Positions 19,951 through 30,355 of a DNA stretch of 64,000 bases are shown here, piece after piece; within the stretch, counting starts at the first letter, position 1, and each line of letters starts with the position of its first letter. The position numbers were made by a program, and so were the translations under genes. The notes beneath the pieces are model-generated. The model had not been told where the DNA came from. It did no database searches and worked only from the letters and a program-made list of their open reading frames with translations. The DNA comes from an uncultured cyanobacterium (GTDB lineage: Bacteria; Cyanobacteriota; Cyanobacteriia; Phormidesmidales; Phormidesmidaceae). The stretch is taken from contig CAWBZI010000002.1 of assembly GCA_963793265.1 (NCBI GenBank), positions 480,001 to 544,000 of the forward strand, given 5' to 3'.

Positions 19951-21300
19951 ATGAAAACAGCACACGTCATTGGCCTCGGTCGTTCTGGAATTGCCGCCGC
20001 TCGCGTTTTGGCCCGTCAGGGATGGCAGGTCGTCCTCAGCGACAGAGGCACCGCCGAACGCCACAAACGTGATGCTGAAGCGCTTACCCATGAAGGCATT
20101 ACCGTAAAGCTCAACCATTCTTTTGAGCCTGAGCCCGGCCTAGACTTACTGGTCGTGAGTCCTGGTGTCCCTTGGGATGCGCCCGCTCTGAAGAAAGCCC
20201 GTGAGATAGGAATTGAGACGATTGGCGAAATGGAATTGGCCTGGCGATCGCTACAAAACTGCCCCTGGCTCGGCATCACTGGCACCAACGGCAAAACCAC
20301 CACCACCGCCCTTGTCGCCGCCATCTTCAAAGCTGCCGGGCTCAACGCTCCCGCCTGTGGCAACATCGGCTACGCGGCCTGCGAGCTTGCCCTCACTGAG
20401 CCCCCCGACTGGGTAATCGCAGAACTCAGCAGCTACCAGATAGAAGCCGCCCCCACCCTCGCGCCCACCATTGGCCTGTGGACAACCTTCACCCCCGACC
20501 ACCTCAGCCGCCACAAAACGGTCGAGAACTACTACAAAATAAAAGCTTCTTTGCTGGCCAACTCTAAGGAAAAAGTCATCAACGGCGACGATCCTTGCCT
20601 GCTCAGCAAAGCCTCAGAGCGCGATCCCGACAGCCATTGGACAAGCGTAAAAGGCAAAGAAGAGATCGCGCCTTTGCATACCGACACCTATATCGAAGAC
20701 GGTTGGGTTATTCACAAAGGTGAGAAAATTGTTGAGACAAAAGCGCTGCGGATGGTGGGTGCTCACAACCAGCAAAATATGCTGTTGGCCGTTGCGGCGG
20801 CAAAGTTAGCGGGGATAGAAACGGAGGCGATCGCCCAAGGCATTTCCACCTTCCCTGGCGTCTCCCACCGCCTAGAACACATCTGCACCTGGCGCGGCGT
20901 AGACTTTATCAACGACAGCAAAGCCACCAACTACGACGCGGCTGAAGTTGGCCTACGTTCGGTCACTGGCCCTGCCATCCTCATCGCAGGCGGAGCCCCC
21001 AAAGACGGCGACGACACCGCCTGGATTAAACAAATCCAGGCAAAAGCTGCCACCGTTCTACTCGTAGGAGATGCCGCAGAACCTTTCGCCAAACGTCTCA
21101 AAGAATGCGCCTATCCTCACTACGAGATTGTTGAAACCATCGACCGCGCCGTCGCTAGAAGCGCAGAGATTAGCAAACAAAAGCCGATTAAAACTGTTCT
21201 CCTTTCCCCCGCCTGTGCCAGCTTCGATCAGTACGCCAACTTTGAAGTACGCGGCGATGATTTCCGACAGGTGTGTACAAAGTATCTAGGTGAGCTGTAA
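19951..21300 (+). CDS. murD: UDP-N-acetylmuramoyl-L-alanine--D-glutamate ligase
   Basis: [46 protein letters not shown]. Confidence 0.97.
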   Translation: MKTAHVIGLGRSGIAAARVLARQGWQVVLSDRGTAERHKRDAEALTHEGITVKLNHSFEPEPGLDLLVVSPGVPWDAPALKKAREIGIETIGEMELAWRSLQNCPWLGITGTNGKTTTTALVAAIFKAAGLNAPACGNIGYAACELALTEPPDWVIAELSSYQIEAAPTLAPTIGLWTTFTPDHLSRHKTVENYYKIKASLLANSKEKVINGDDPCLLSKASERDPDSHWTSVKGKEEIAPLHTDTYIEDGWVIHKGEKIVETKALRMVGAHNQQNMLLAVAAAKLAGIETEAIAQGISTFPGVSHRLEHICTWRGVDFINDSKATNYDAAEVGLRSVTGPAILIAGGAPKDGDDTAWIKQIQAKAATVLLVGDAAEPFAKRLKECAYPHYEIVETIDRAVARSAEISKQKPIKTVLLSPACASFDQYANFEVRGDDFRQVCTKYLGEL

Positions 21301-21307
21301 AAGAAAA

Positions 21308-22426
21308 CTATGTCCAGTAGAGTATTTCTGCATTAGGAAACGTTTGCGCTATCTTCTCTTCAAAAAACTCTCGTAGTGACTGAGTAGTGGGTTTGTCATA
21401 GACGTACTTGATACCACCAAACTTGTTTCGCTTCGTAGATCGCGATTCCATGCCCATATCCAATTTGCTTTTTGGATACCACTCGTTCAAAACCTTTTTG
21501 GATTTAGAGGTATAGCGATGGCTAATCAGTTCAAAGGTAAGATCGCACTCGAAGTCCAAAGCGGCTGCGAGCTGATCGAACAGAGCATCGTAGTGGCTTT
21601 GCCAGTCTGTAAAGGCCATAATTGGCGCAATCACTAGGCCGATAGTATAGCCACCGCCCCCTCTTTCTTTGGGTAGGGCGAGCTGTCTGAGCGCGGCGAT
21701 GCGATCGCTCACCTTTGCCGTCCCCCCTTCAAACCCCTGCGCCACCGGATCAGCATTCACACTCGCCCGACACCGCGTATGCCCGTTATGCTCAATCTCT
21801 AGTAAAGGCTGCACGTTATCAAACTTAGATACCCACCGCAATCGCTTATCAGGCTGCTGACCAAAGTAACGAATGCACTCACCCAGGCTCCCGGTTAAGT
21901 GCTCCAAGCTCAATGGATCGGTATAGCAGCTCACCTCGAAGCTAGTCGTTTCTGTGTCTGAACTATAGTTAGCCGTATTCTCTAAGATCTCCAGCAAGTT
22001 CGCAAATACTCGAATTACTGGTGGCCCAGACAAGCTGCTTGCCAAATAACAATACTGACAGTGAGCCGGACACCCTTCTGCCAAATGAAACTGCCAGTCC
22101 GCAGACGGCGGAATTGGCTGAAGCTTAAACGCACTCGGCGGCGCAGTCACCACCGCCATTGTCTGCTTAGCCTTCGCATAAGTCTCTCTTTCTGTCTCAC
22201 CTCTCAGGCCCACCACCCTATTGTTCTTTAGCTCAACAATCGGCAGTCCCATATCGCTAATCCGTTGATATATTTGCTGGCCCCAGGGTTCTTCTAGTGC
22301 CGCTGGGGTGAACATGACTTGCTTAGGCATCCACAAGCGGGTAGCCGATTGAGGTGGAGATTGAGGCGTTTTGACTGAGTTTTTGACTGGGGTAGGGGAG
22401 AGGGCTGGCATGGGCGATTGCGTCAA
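21308..22426 (-). CDS. Spore photoproduct lyase-family radical SAM protein
   Basis: GCPAHCQYCYL (CxxxCxxC), FEVSCYTD, GLVIAPIM, KRNKFGGIKYVY. Start could be 22426 (TTG) or a downstream ATG. Confidence 0.85.
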   Translation of the reverse strand: MTQSPMPALSPTPVKNSVKTPQSPPQSATRLWMPKQVMFTPAALEEPWGQQIYQRISDMGLPIVELKNNRVVGLRGETERETYAKAKQTMAVVTAPPSAFKLQPIPPSADWQFHLAEGCPAHCQYCYLASSLSGPPVIRVFANLLEILENTANYSSDTETTSFEVSCYTDPLSLEHLTGSLGECIRYFGQQPDKRLRWVSKFDNVQPLLEIEHNGHTRCRASVNADPVAQGFEGGTAKVSDRIAALRQLALPKERGGGGYTIGLVIAPIMAFTDWQSHYDALFDQLAAALDFECDLTFELISHRYTSKSKKVLNEWYPKSKLDMGMESRSTKRNKFGGIKYVYDKPTTQSLREFFEEKIAQTFPNAEILYWT

Positions 22427-22829
22427 CAGTATGCGTCAACAGTACAGGTAATTTTTATCAGCGTTATATACATATAGTTTGACAAAAAAACGCAGAGACA
22501 GTACCGCTCTCAGGTACGGTTTTACGACCTCAAAAGCTGTTCCTTTCGATACCTTCTGCCTGTAGCAAAGACTGTTAGCAAAGGTTGCGGGCAAAGACCG
22601 CCTACAAAGGAAGCGCCGTAAAAAATATAACCGTGAAACACTTTGACGCCGTAAATTTTTTGACGGCAAAGCAAAAGCTACCGTGAAGAAATCAAAAATA
22701 CTTACATAAAGCATTCTTGTTGAATTAAACTACTGAAGCCTTCAAAAGGCCATATTAAAGTCGCTTTTGCGCAATTTCGAGGGCTACGCCCTACATCGTC
22801 ATCTGCATCCAGCAGGCTTATTTTGCGGC

Positions 22830-24272
22830 ATGGACTTCAAGCACCATATATTTATCAGCTATAGACACATCGATGACAAACCTTATCCAGCGGGCTCTAT
22901 CGGTTGGGTATCAAAGTTTCATCACATATTAGAAACTGCTTTAGCTGTCCGCAGAGGAGAAGAGCAGCGCTTGTGGCGAGATGTCACGAGGATGAAAGGT
23001 AACGAAAACCTAAGTGAAACGCTATTCGACACGCTCTCAGAGAGTGCTTTGCTAGTCTCTATTGTGTCACCGTCTTACTTAAAGTCTCAGTGGTGTTCGC
23101 GAGAACTCCGTCATTTTTGCCAGGAGGCCGAAAAAACAGGCGGGCTCGGCGTCGGTGAGCATGGATCTAGACTGTTTAAAGTTGATAAAGAGCACATACC
23201 GCTAGATCAGTGCCCTCCAGAGTTTCAAACATCACTTGGCTATCGGTTCTATGAGTTTGACGAGGCACAGTATCCCAAGGCGCTCGATCAGCCTTCTGAA
23301 AAAGTGGTAGGCGAGAAGTATATGGCTGTTATAGAAAGGCTTGCCAGAGAGATATGCGAGACGTTAGATACTTTAGAGACATCTTCTGAAGAAAGCCCTC
23401 AGCCGTCTAAAAAGCTCATCTATCTCTCAGAAACTACCGATGATCTGAGAGAGATCAGAGAGAGTATTCGTCAGAGCTTAGAAATGGACGGGCATCGGGT
23501 ATTGCCGTCGCAAATGCTGCCGCCAGAGGCAGACTTCTCTGAGAAAGTATTAGAGAATATGTCGCAGTGCGAGATGTCTATTCATTTGGTTAGTCCGAGT
23601 GCCCATCGTACTCAAGAGTTCCGTCAAAAGCTGATGGCGGCTAAAACTCAAGAGCAGATCAACATCTCTAGTCAGTGTGTTGAGAATAAACAGAGCTTGA
23701 CTCGCATATTTTGGATGCCACCGACCGAAACAGCAGATAGCTCAGACCCGTTTATCCGATCCATTCAAAGCGAGCCTAACTTTTTGAGTATGCCGGTTGA
23801 GTCATTAAAAACAACCATTCAAGATCAGCTACAGCAGCAAAGGGCGATCGCACTTGCGCCTGTAGGTAACGGGTCTAGCAAAGTATATCTTGACTGCGAT
23901 GAGGATGATTTTTTATATGCAGACGATATTGAGCCTATATACGACTGGCTCAGAAAGCGTTTTGATGAGGTTGTTTTGCCAGAACACGGTATGCACAATC
24001 TGAGCAGCTCAGAGGCCAGATTAAAGCAGTGCGAGGCTGTCTTGATTTACTACGGGCGCGCGCGCGATTTTTGGTTTGAAAGGCGGATATGCGCGCTGCA
24101 AAAAGCGCTTAGAAACGATCGCCCGCAGCCATTGCGAGCCAAGGCTATCTATGTGTCAAGACCAAACACGCCGAAAAAACAAAACCTCAACTTAAACATT
24201 CCTGTGATTAACGGAATAAGAGAATTTAGCGCCGAGATTCTCAATGTTTTTTCAGAGCAACTGGAGGCATAA
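22830..24272 (+). CDS. Multi-TIR protein (TIR + DUF4062/TIR-like + TIR-like)
   Basis: HIFISYRHID...LWRD...VSPSYLKSQWCSREL; second module IYLSETTDDL...QCEMSIHLV; third module VYLDCDEDD...QCEAVLIYYG. Confidence 0.8.
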   Translation: MDFKHHIFISYRHIDDKPYPAGSIGWVSKFHHILETALAVRRGEEQRLWRDVTRMKGNENLSETLFDTLSESALLVSIVSPSYLKSQWCSRELRHFCQEAEKTGGLGVGEHGSRLFKVDKEHIPLDQCPPEFQTSLGYRFYEFDEAQYPKALDQPSEKVVGEKYMAVIERLAREICETLDTLETSSEESPQPSKKLIYLSETTDDLREIRESIRQSLEMDGHRVLPSQMLPPEADFSEKVLENMSQCEMSIHLVSPSAHRTQEFRQKLMAAKTQEQINISSQCVENKQSLTRIFWMPPTETADSSDPFIRSIQSEPNFLSMPVESLKTTIQDQLQQQRAIALAPVGNGSSKVYLDCDEDDFLYADDIEPIYDWLRKRFDEVVLPEHGMHNLSSSEARLKQCEAVLIYYGRARDFWFERRICALQKALRNDRPQPLRAKAIYVSRPNTPKKQNLNLNIPVINGIREFSAEILNVFSEQLEA

Positions 24273-24275
24273 ACA

Positions 24276-27200
24276 GTGCAGCTATTGATTAAGCCTTCTA
24301 CTCGAACCAATCCTTTCCCCGGTCTGCGCCCCTTTTTATTAGGCGAAGAAGATCTGTTCTTTGGGCGCGAAGGACAGTCAGATCAGCTATTAGAAAGACT
24401 CTACAGCGAGCGTTTTTTAGCAATCGTAGGAGCCTCTGGTAGCGGTAAGTCTTCTTTGGTACGCGCAGGTCTTTTGCCATCGCTCTATAGCGGTCTTTTT
24501 GTTTCGGCAAACGAAGCATGGCGCGGTGTGGCCAGCTCTAAGTGGAAAATTGCCATATTTAGACCCGGCAATGACCCAATTGAAAATTTGGCAGAGGCGC
24601 TCAATCGGCCTGAGGTGTTTGGGCGATCGCCTGACGAAAAAGATGCCAGCATTTATGCAGCGCTCAATAAAATCACGCTGAAGCGAGGGCACTTAGGCTT
24701 AGTAGAAGTCGCGCAGCAGGCTCGGATGGTAGAAAAAGAGAGTCTGTTAGTCGTGGTCGATCAGTTTGAAGAGCTGTTTCGGTTTAAGCAGAGCGCGCAG
24801 TCTCTAGAAGCTGAAGACAAAGCCGCTGCTTTTGTGAAACTTTTGCTGTCGGCTGTTAAACAAAGGGATGTGCCCATTTTTGTGGTGCTGACGATGAGAT
24901 CGGATTTTATTGGAGACTGCGCTCAGTTTCGCGATTTGCCAGAGGCGCTCAACGATAGCCAGTATTTGGTTCCGCGTCTGACGCGATCGCAGCTAAAAGA
25001 TGCCATTCAAGGGCCAGTAGCGGTTGCCAACGGCGAGATTACGCCTCAGCTCGTCAACCGATTGCTGAACGATGCCGGAGAAGATCCCGATCAGCTTCCT
25101 ATTTTGCAGCACGCGCTGATGCGAACGTGGGAATACGCATCAACTTCACAAGGGCCGCTCGATATGGCTCACTATGAGGCCATTGGCGGTGCTCGGGAGG
25201 CGCTTTCTCGCCATGCCGATCAAATTTATCGCAAGCTACCTGATGAGCGATCGCGCCAACTCGCCCAAAACATATTCAAAGCCATCACCGACCGAGGCCC
25301 TGACAACCGCGAAATTCGCCGCCCGCTAAAGCTCAAGCAAATCTGTGAAGTCACTGGCGCTAGTCCCAAAGAGGCCATTACTGTTATCAATGCTTTTAGC
25401 GGCCCCCAATGCTCTTTTTTAACGCCGCCTGCGGCCACCCCAAAAAAGGGAGATAGCGTTATTGATATCTCTCATGAGAGCCTCATGCGCAACTGGCAGC
25501 AGCTCAAAGCGTGGATAGATGAAGAAGCCTCATCGGCTAATATATACCGGAGACTCGCCCAAACAGCGGCGCTTCAGGCAAACCAAAAAGCGGAATACTA
25601 TCGCGGCCCTGAGCTATCTATTGCCCTAGAATGGCTAGAAAAGCAGCAGCCCAGCCAGCAATGGGCACAGCGATATGCGCCAAACTTTGAGCAGTCTAAA
25701 GCATTCTTAAAAGAGAGTGAGAAAGCTGAGCTGAAATTTAAGCAGGCTGAAAAACGAAAGCTTCAGGCGAGCGTAGTTTTTGGCTTATCGTTTCTTATTC
25801 TAAGCGTTTTTCTAGGCTGGTCGGTAAGAGAACAAAAGCGAATCAACCGCCAGGTAGAAAACGCCGAGATAGCGGCCACTGCCGAAAAGCTCATCGTGCA
25901 GTCAAACCAGATTAGAACAACTCAGCCAAACCTGCGTCCAACGGCTGCATTACTGGCCGTAGAGGCGTTTAATCAGCTTCAATCCGTCAAAGAATCGACC
26001 GTTGAAGCGAAGGGAAACCTACAGCGCAGCATCCTTCAGCTACCCCAGGCCATCTATCGTTCACAAGACACCAACACTCACGCCTTTAGCCCCAACAATC
26101 GATACATCGCCACAGGGGGCTCTAATGGAAAGGTTAGCCTCATCGATACCACTAGCCAAAAGCTAGTCTCTACGGCTAGCCATGACTACTCCGTTTCAAA
26201 GGTTATCTTTAGCAGCGACAGTCAGTATCTTGCAACGCTTGGCAGCGACCATCAAGCTAAGCTAATCGACGTTAAAAAGAGAGAAGAAATCGCAGAAGTG
26301 GAGCACTCAGATCCCATTTTTGACATTAGCTTTAGCAATAATGGTCAGTATCTATCAACGCGCAGTAAAGACGGCATAGCAAAGGTAATAGATACCCAAA
26401 CAGGCGATTTGATTACGACTATCTATCACGATGCCCCTACCGGATCGAACTACTTCAGCAGCGACAGCAACACCCTCATCACAACTAGCGGCGATGGCGC
26501 TGTGAGAATGGTCAATTTGAAAACCAAAGTCGTTACTAATATTGCTGAGTACAGTGACGACCAGATAAACGTTGTATTTAGTAGCGATAGTAAATACGTT
26601 GCACTCTACCCGACTAAAGAGAGTAAAGAGATCGAGATCATTTCAACTGAGACAGGCGAGAATATTAAAACGCTCAGCTATGAGGAAGAGATAGAAGGAC
26701 TAATATCTAAGGTCATTTTCAGTCCTAGCAGTGCCTATTTAGCAGTCGGTACCAGTGAAGGCGCTTTAGAAATATTCGATCTAACAACCAAAACAGTGGT
26801 ATCGACAGCCGAGTATCAAGGGCGTATTACAGAGCTTGCCTTCGATGTAGAGGGAAACCGCTTGGCCGTATCAATGAGCGGTAGCGAAGACTCAATAGAC
26901 ATTATTGACTTAGCCACTAAAAAGACCATTCATGAACTAGAGACTTATAATGATGCGACAACCCTAAGCTTTAGTGCTGACGGTAAATATTTGATTGCAC
27001 AGAGCTACTACGAAATAGAGATATTTGATTTAGAAAAAGATGCGTTAGTCAATGACATCTATCACTCTGGTGGCATCGGGAACGTCGCAATTAGCCCGGA
27101 CGAGCAGTACGTAGCCACCTATGACAACAGCGGCGTAGTCAGAATCATCAAGCTCAGCGTAGGTGAGATTTCGTCCTTGTTTCAGCATAGCGGAATTGAT

Positions 27201-29792
27201 GGGTTTTCCTTTAGCGATAGCAGCGAGTACTTAGCGACAAGAGGCTCAGATAAAACCGCAAAAGTTATCGAAGTTGAAACAGGCAAAATTATCTCTTCTA
27301 TTGAACATGAGTCTGCGATTTCTGAGATGTCTTTTAGCAAGAACAGTCGATACTTTGCTACAAACGATCTTTCAGGTGCGTTTAAGTCTATTGAAATAGA
27401 CAACCAAAAATCGTCGCAATCGCAGTTTAGATACAAAAACTCTCAAATTGATAGGTCTTTTGACGAAGATAAAAAGAGAATGGCTTTGGCGCTAGATCAA
27501 ACCAACGTTAAAGTGATTGATGCTGCTTCAGGTGAAGTTTTAGTGACTAGCACCAGCGACGCATCGATAGAGAACATTAGCTTTAGCGATAGTGGCCGTT
27601 ACTTGGCCACTCGTGATACCGGGTATTCTGTAAAGATTGTGGATGTGGAGACAAGAGAAGAAATCTCTGATATTGATCATGACTTTAGAGTAAAAGGATT
27701 AGCTATTAGCAACGATGAAAAATATATTGCGACTGGAACAGGTGACGGATTTTTAAGAATTATAGATCTCTCGACAGGAGATCTGATTGAACAGCTTGAA
27801 ATTCCTGATGATGATTGGACGTATCAATTCACCGGAGACGGACAGTATATTTTAACGAGAACGCCACGAGGAAAAATCAGAGGCATTCGAGCCTCAACAG
27901 GCGAGCAAATTTACGCTATTGATAGTAGCGATGATGAAGAAGGTGAGAGCGATCAGGGGTCGTGGAATATGAAAGTGAGCGAAAACGGCAAGTTTTTTGT
28001 GATGTCGAACGCTCAGAGTCCCAACGTGAAGGTATACAAGACTGAGACTGGCGAGATGGTTAGAGAGCTTGAGCATGGCGACTATGTTAAGTATGTAACC
28101 TTTAGCGAAAATAGCGAGCACTTGCTCTCTCGTAGTATTGATAATGTCATTAGAGTCTCTAACACTACAAATGCAGACGAGACAGCCCCTATTAAAGTGC
28201 AGACGAAAAACTCTATCCAATGGACGAAATTTAGCGAAGATAGTAAAGCATTAGCCTACTACACCATTGATGGAGAGGTCGGCATTATCTCTACCGAGAC
28301 AGAACAAACCGTTTCACTCGATCATGATTCTTCGGTTAACTTTCTCAGCTTTAGTGAAGACAGCAAGTATATGGCTACAGGGAGTGCAGATAAAACGGCC
28401 AAGCTAGTAGAAGTTGCTACTGGTGAGGTGGTTAAAACAATTGAATCAAACGGCTCCGTTGCTAGCGTAGTGTTTAGCGAAAACAGTCAATATATAGCTG
28501 CTGTTAGTAACGACAGAACGGCGCAAGTCGTTGATGTGTCAACGGGTGAGGTCGTTGGATTTGTTGAGCACAGCTCTGAAATTATGGGCGTTGCATTTAG
28601 CCCCGACAGCAGGATCTTTGCCACCTACGGTAAAGACAGAGTGGCTCAACTTATTCAGACAGACGGCGAGCAGCCGATTAATAGCATTGCGCATGAGGAC
28701 GATATTACAGGCATAGCGTTTAGCGAAGATAGCCAGTATGTCGCAACGGGTAGTGCTAATGGCGTCGTGAAGCTGCTGAAAGCAGATACAGGCGAAGAGA
28801 TTACGGTGATTGCGCACGAAAATGCTATTAACTTTCTTACGTTTAACCATAGTTCTAATACTTTGATCACCTCTAGCGTTGATGCGTCGCTGTATGTTAC
28901 GGAGATATCTGATACGGATTTTGAGGTGCAAGATGTGTGCGATCGCCTGGATGAAAACCTGTCGGTCAGCACGTGGAAAAAGTATATGGGAACCCCGCTC
29001 GAAGACTACACGCTCACCTGCGAAAACGCGCCTGTTGACATCAGCCTGCTTACAGAAGCAGGCAGCTTGGTAGAAAGAGAAAAAGAAAAAGAAGCCCAGT
29101 CGCTGCTCAAACGTATCCAAAAAATTGCGCCCAAAACCGACCTGTATCCGCACAGCTTAGATGTAGAAACTGAAATAGACTTTGTTATTGACGTTTGGAA
29201 AGTCAATCGACTCATTAAAGATGGCACCCAAGCAGCTCAGAGTAAAAAGATAGAGAAGGCTGCTGAAAGCTTCAAAGCCGCGCAAAACGTTATTCCGGGC
29301 GTCGATTTGAACACCGCTACTTTTTCTGTAGATACCGATCCAGAAGAGATTGCTAAATCCATAGCGGCTCGGTCGATCATCAAAGAAAAAACGTTAGACA
29401 GTAGCTCAAATCCAAGCGTTAGCCGAATTCAAGGAATTCTCGCTAACTATCAAAGGGCAAAAGAGCTTGACCCAGATGCCGATATATCGTCTTCTCAATG
29501 GGATCGCATCTGCTGGCTAGGCAGTCTTAATCGCGTTTATGAAGAGGTTATGACTGCTTGCGATCGCGCTATCAGTCAAGAGCCCGATTACATTGGCTGG
29601 CGCGATAGCAGAGGAATTGCGCGCGCCCTAAAAGGCGACAGGGCAGGCGCTATTGAAGACTTTCAAGCCTACATCAATTGGAATGGAAGCCCGCCCCGTC
29701 GAAAAGAGCAAAGACAGCAGTGGGTGAGTCGCCTTCAGAATGGAGAAAACCCTTTTACTGAAGCCTTACTCAAAGAACTTCGAGAAGAATAA
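24276..29792 (+). CDS. nSTAND1-family NTPase with TM helix, long WD40 array and C-terminal TPR-like domain
   Basis: NPFPGLRPF/FFGRE, Walker A GASGSGKSS, Walker B VVVDQFEELF, TMRSDF, LPILQHAL, ISHESL; TM ASVVFGLSFLILSVFLGWSV; many H..V..FS.D..YLAT.S.D.TAK repeats; DSRGIARALKGDRAGAIEDF. Confidence 0.9.
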   Translation: MQLLIKPSTRTNPFPGLRPFLLGEEDLFFGREGQSDQLLERLYSERFLAIVGASGSGKSSLVRAGLLPSLYSGLFVSANEAWRGVASSKWKIAIFRPGNDPIENLAEALNRPEVFGRSPDEKDASIYAALNKITLKRGHLGLVEVAQQARMVEKESLLVVVDQFEELFRFKQSAQSLEAEDKAAAFVKLLLSAVKQRDVPIFVVLTMRSDFIGDCAQFRDLPEALNDSQYLVPRLTRSQLKDAIQGPVAVANGEITPQLVNRLLNDAGEDPDQLPILQHALMRTWEYASTSQGPLDMAHYEAIGGAREALSRHADQIYRKLPDERSRQLAQNIFKAITDRGPDNREIRRPLKLKQICEVTGASPKEAITVINAFSGPQCSFLTPPAATPKKGDSVIDISHESLMRNWQQLKAWIDEEASSANIYRRLAQTAALQANQKAEYYRGPELSIALEWLEKQQPSQQWAQRYAPNFEQSKAFLKESEKAELKFKQAEKRKLQASVVFGLSFLILSVFLGWSVREQKRINRQVENAEIAATAEKLIVQSNQIRTTQPNLRPTAALLAVEAFNQLQSVKESTVEAKGNLQRSILQLPQAIYRSQDTNTHAFSPNNRYIATGGSNGKVSLIDTTSQKLVSTASHDYSVSKVIFSSDSQYLATLGSDHQAKLIDVKKREEIAEVEHSDPIFDISFSNNGQYLSTRSKDGIAKVIDTQTGDLITTIYHDAPTGSNYFSSDSNTLITTSGDGAVRMVNLKTKVVTNIAEYSDDQINVVFSSDSKYVALYPTKESKEIEIISTETGENIKTLSYEEEIEGLISKVIFSPSSAYLAVGTSEGALEIFDLTTKTVVSTAEYQGRITELAFDVEGNRLAVSMSGSEDSIDIIDLATKKTIHELETYNDATTLSFSADGKYLIAQSYYEIEIFDLEKDALVNDIYHSGGIGNVAISPDEQYVATYDNSGVVRIIKLSVGEISSLFQHSGIDGFSFSDSSEYLATRGSDKTAKVIEVETGKIISSIEHESAISEMSFSKNSRYFATNDLSGAFKSIEIDNQKSSQSQFRYKNSQIDRSFDEDKKRMALALDQTNVKVIDAASGEVLVTSTSDASIENISFSDSGRYLATRDTGYSVKIVDVETREEISDIDHDFRVKGLAISNDEKYIATGTGDGFLRIIDLSTGDLIEQLEIPDDDWTYQFTGDGQYILTRTPRGKIRGIRASTGEQIYAIDSSDDEEGESDQGSWNMKVSENGKFFVMSNAQSPNVKVYKTETGEMVRELEHGDYVKYVTFSENSEHLLSRSIDNVIRVSNTTNADETAPIKVQTKNSIQWTKFSEDSKALAYYTIDGEVGIISTETEQTVSLDHDSSVNFLSFSEDSKYMATGSADKTAKLVEVATGEVVKTIESNGSVASVVFSENSQYIAAVSNDRTAQVVDVSTGEVVGFVEHSSEIMGVAFSPDSRIFATYGKDRVAQLIQTDGEQPINSIAHEDDITGIAFSEDSQYVATGSANGVVKLLKADTGEEITVIAHENAINFLTFNHSSNTLITSSVDASLYVTEISDTDFEVQDVCDRLDENLSVSTWKKYMGTPLEDYTLTCENAPVDISLLTEAGSLVEREKEKEAQSLLKRIQKIAPKTDLYPHSLDVETEIDFVIDVWKVNRLIKDGTQAAQSKKIEKAAESFKAAQNVIPGVDLNTATFSVDTDPEEIAKSIAARSIIKEKTLDSSSNPSVSRIQGILANYQRAKELDPDADISSSQWDRICWLGSLNRVYEEVMTACDRAISQEPDYIGWRDSRGIARALKGDRAGAIEDFQAYINWNGSPPRRKEQRQQWVSRLQNGENPFTEALLKELREE

Positions 29793-29945
29793 CTACGCCT
29801 TCAGGTGCGGTTCGACGAGCCTAAAACTAATCTCTTCTATTCTTCCTAATTAGGGATGAAGGATGCCTTCGAACTATTAACCATAGTAAGACAGCCACAA
29901 ACAAGCAGGTCGTATTTTGTCACGGCAAACCTTTTAGGAGAATAA

Positions 29946-30332
29946 ATGCAATACAGCGAAATCATTAAGAACGTTCAAGCCGCCGCGAAAGTGGACGATA
30001 AAGCGGCAGCAGAGAAAGCAATTCAGGCCACGCTAGAAACGCTCAAACAGAGAATTATCGGGGATGAAGCTGAGAACTTGGCCGCTCAGCTTCCTGAAGA
30101 GATTGGTCAGCACTTACGCGGGCGAGCGGGCGAAAATGGCGATCACTTTCCCCTCAAGGAGTTCTATCAAAAAGTCAGTCAAATCGAAGGTGTTGATCTA
30201 GAAACAGCAGCAACCCACGTTCAGGGCGTTTTCTCTGCGCTCGGCTCAGCCGTTACCTCAGGAGAGTTTTCAGATATCAAAAATGACCTATCAGACGACT
30301 ACGCAGAACTCTTTCCTGCTAATGCCTCTTAA
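29946..30332 (+). CDS. DUF2267 family protein
   Basis: AIQATLETLKQRI..EAENLAAQLPEE, EFYQKVS..EG, VFSAL...VTSGE; AGGAG SD upstream. Confidence 0.85.
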   Translation: MQYSEIIKNVQAAAKVDDKAAAEKAIQATLETLKQRIIGDEAENLAAQLPEEIGQHLRGRAGENGDHFPLKEFYQKVSQIEGVDLETAATHVQGVFSALGSAVTSGEFSDIKNDLSDDYAELFPANAS

Positions 30333-30355
30333 CAGAGCCATCTAACCAACTGGTT

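Noticed and set aside
26050..28900. WD40 array as a possible DGR target or CRISPR-like repeat
   Set aside because: Repeats are highly diverged at DNA level; no reverse transcriptase, template/variable repeat pair or spacer structure seen.
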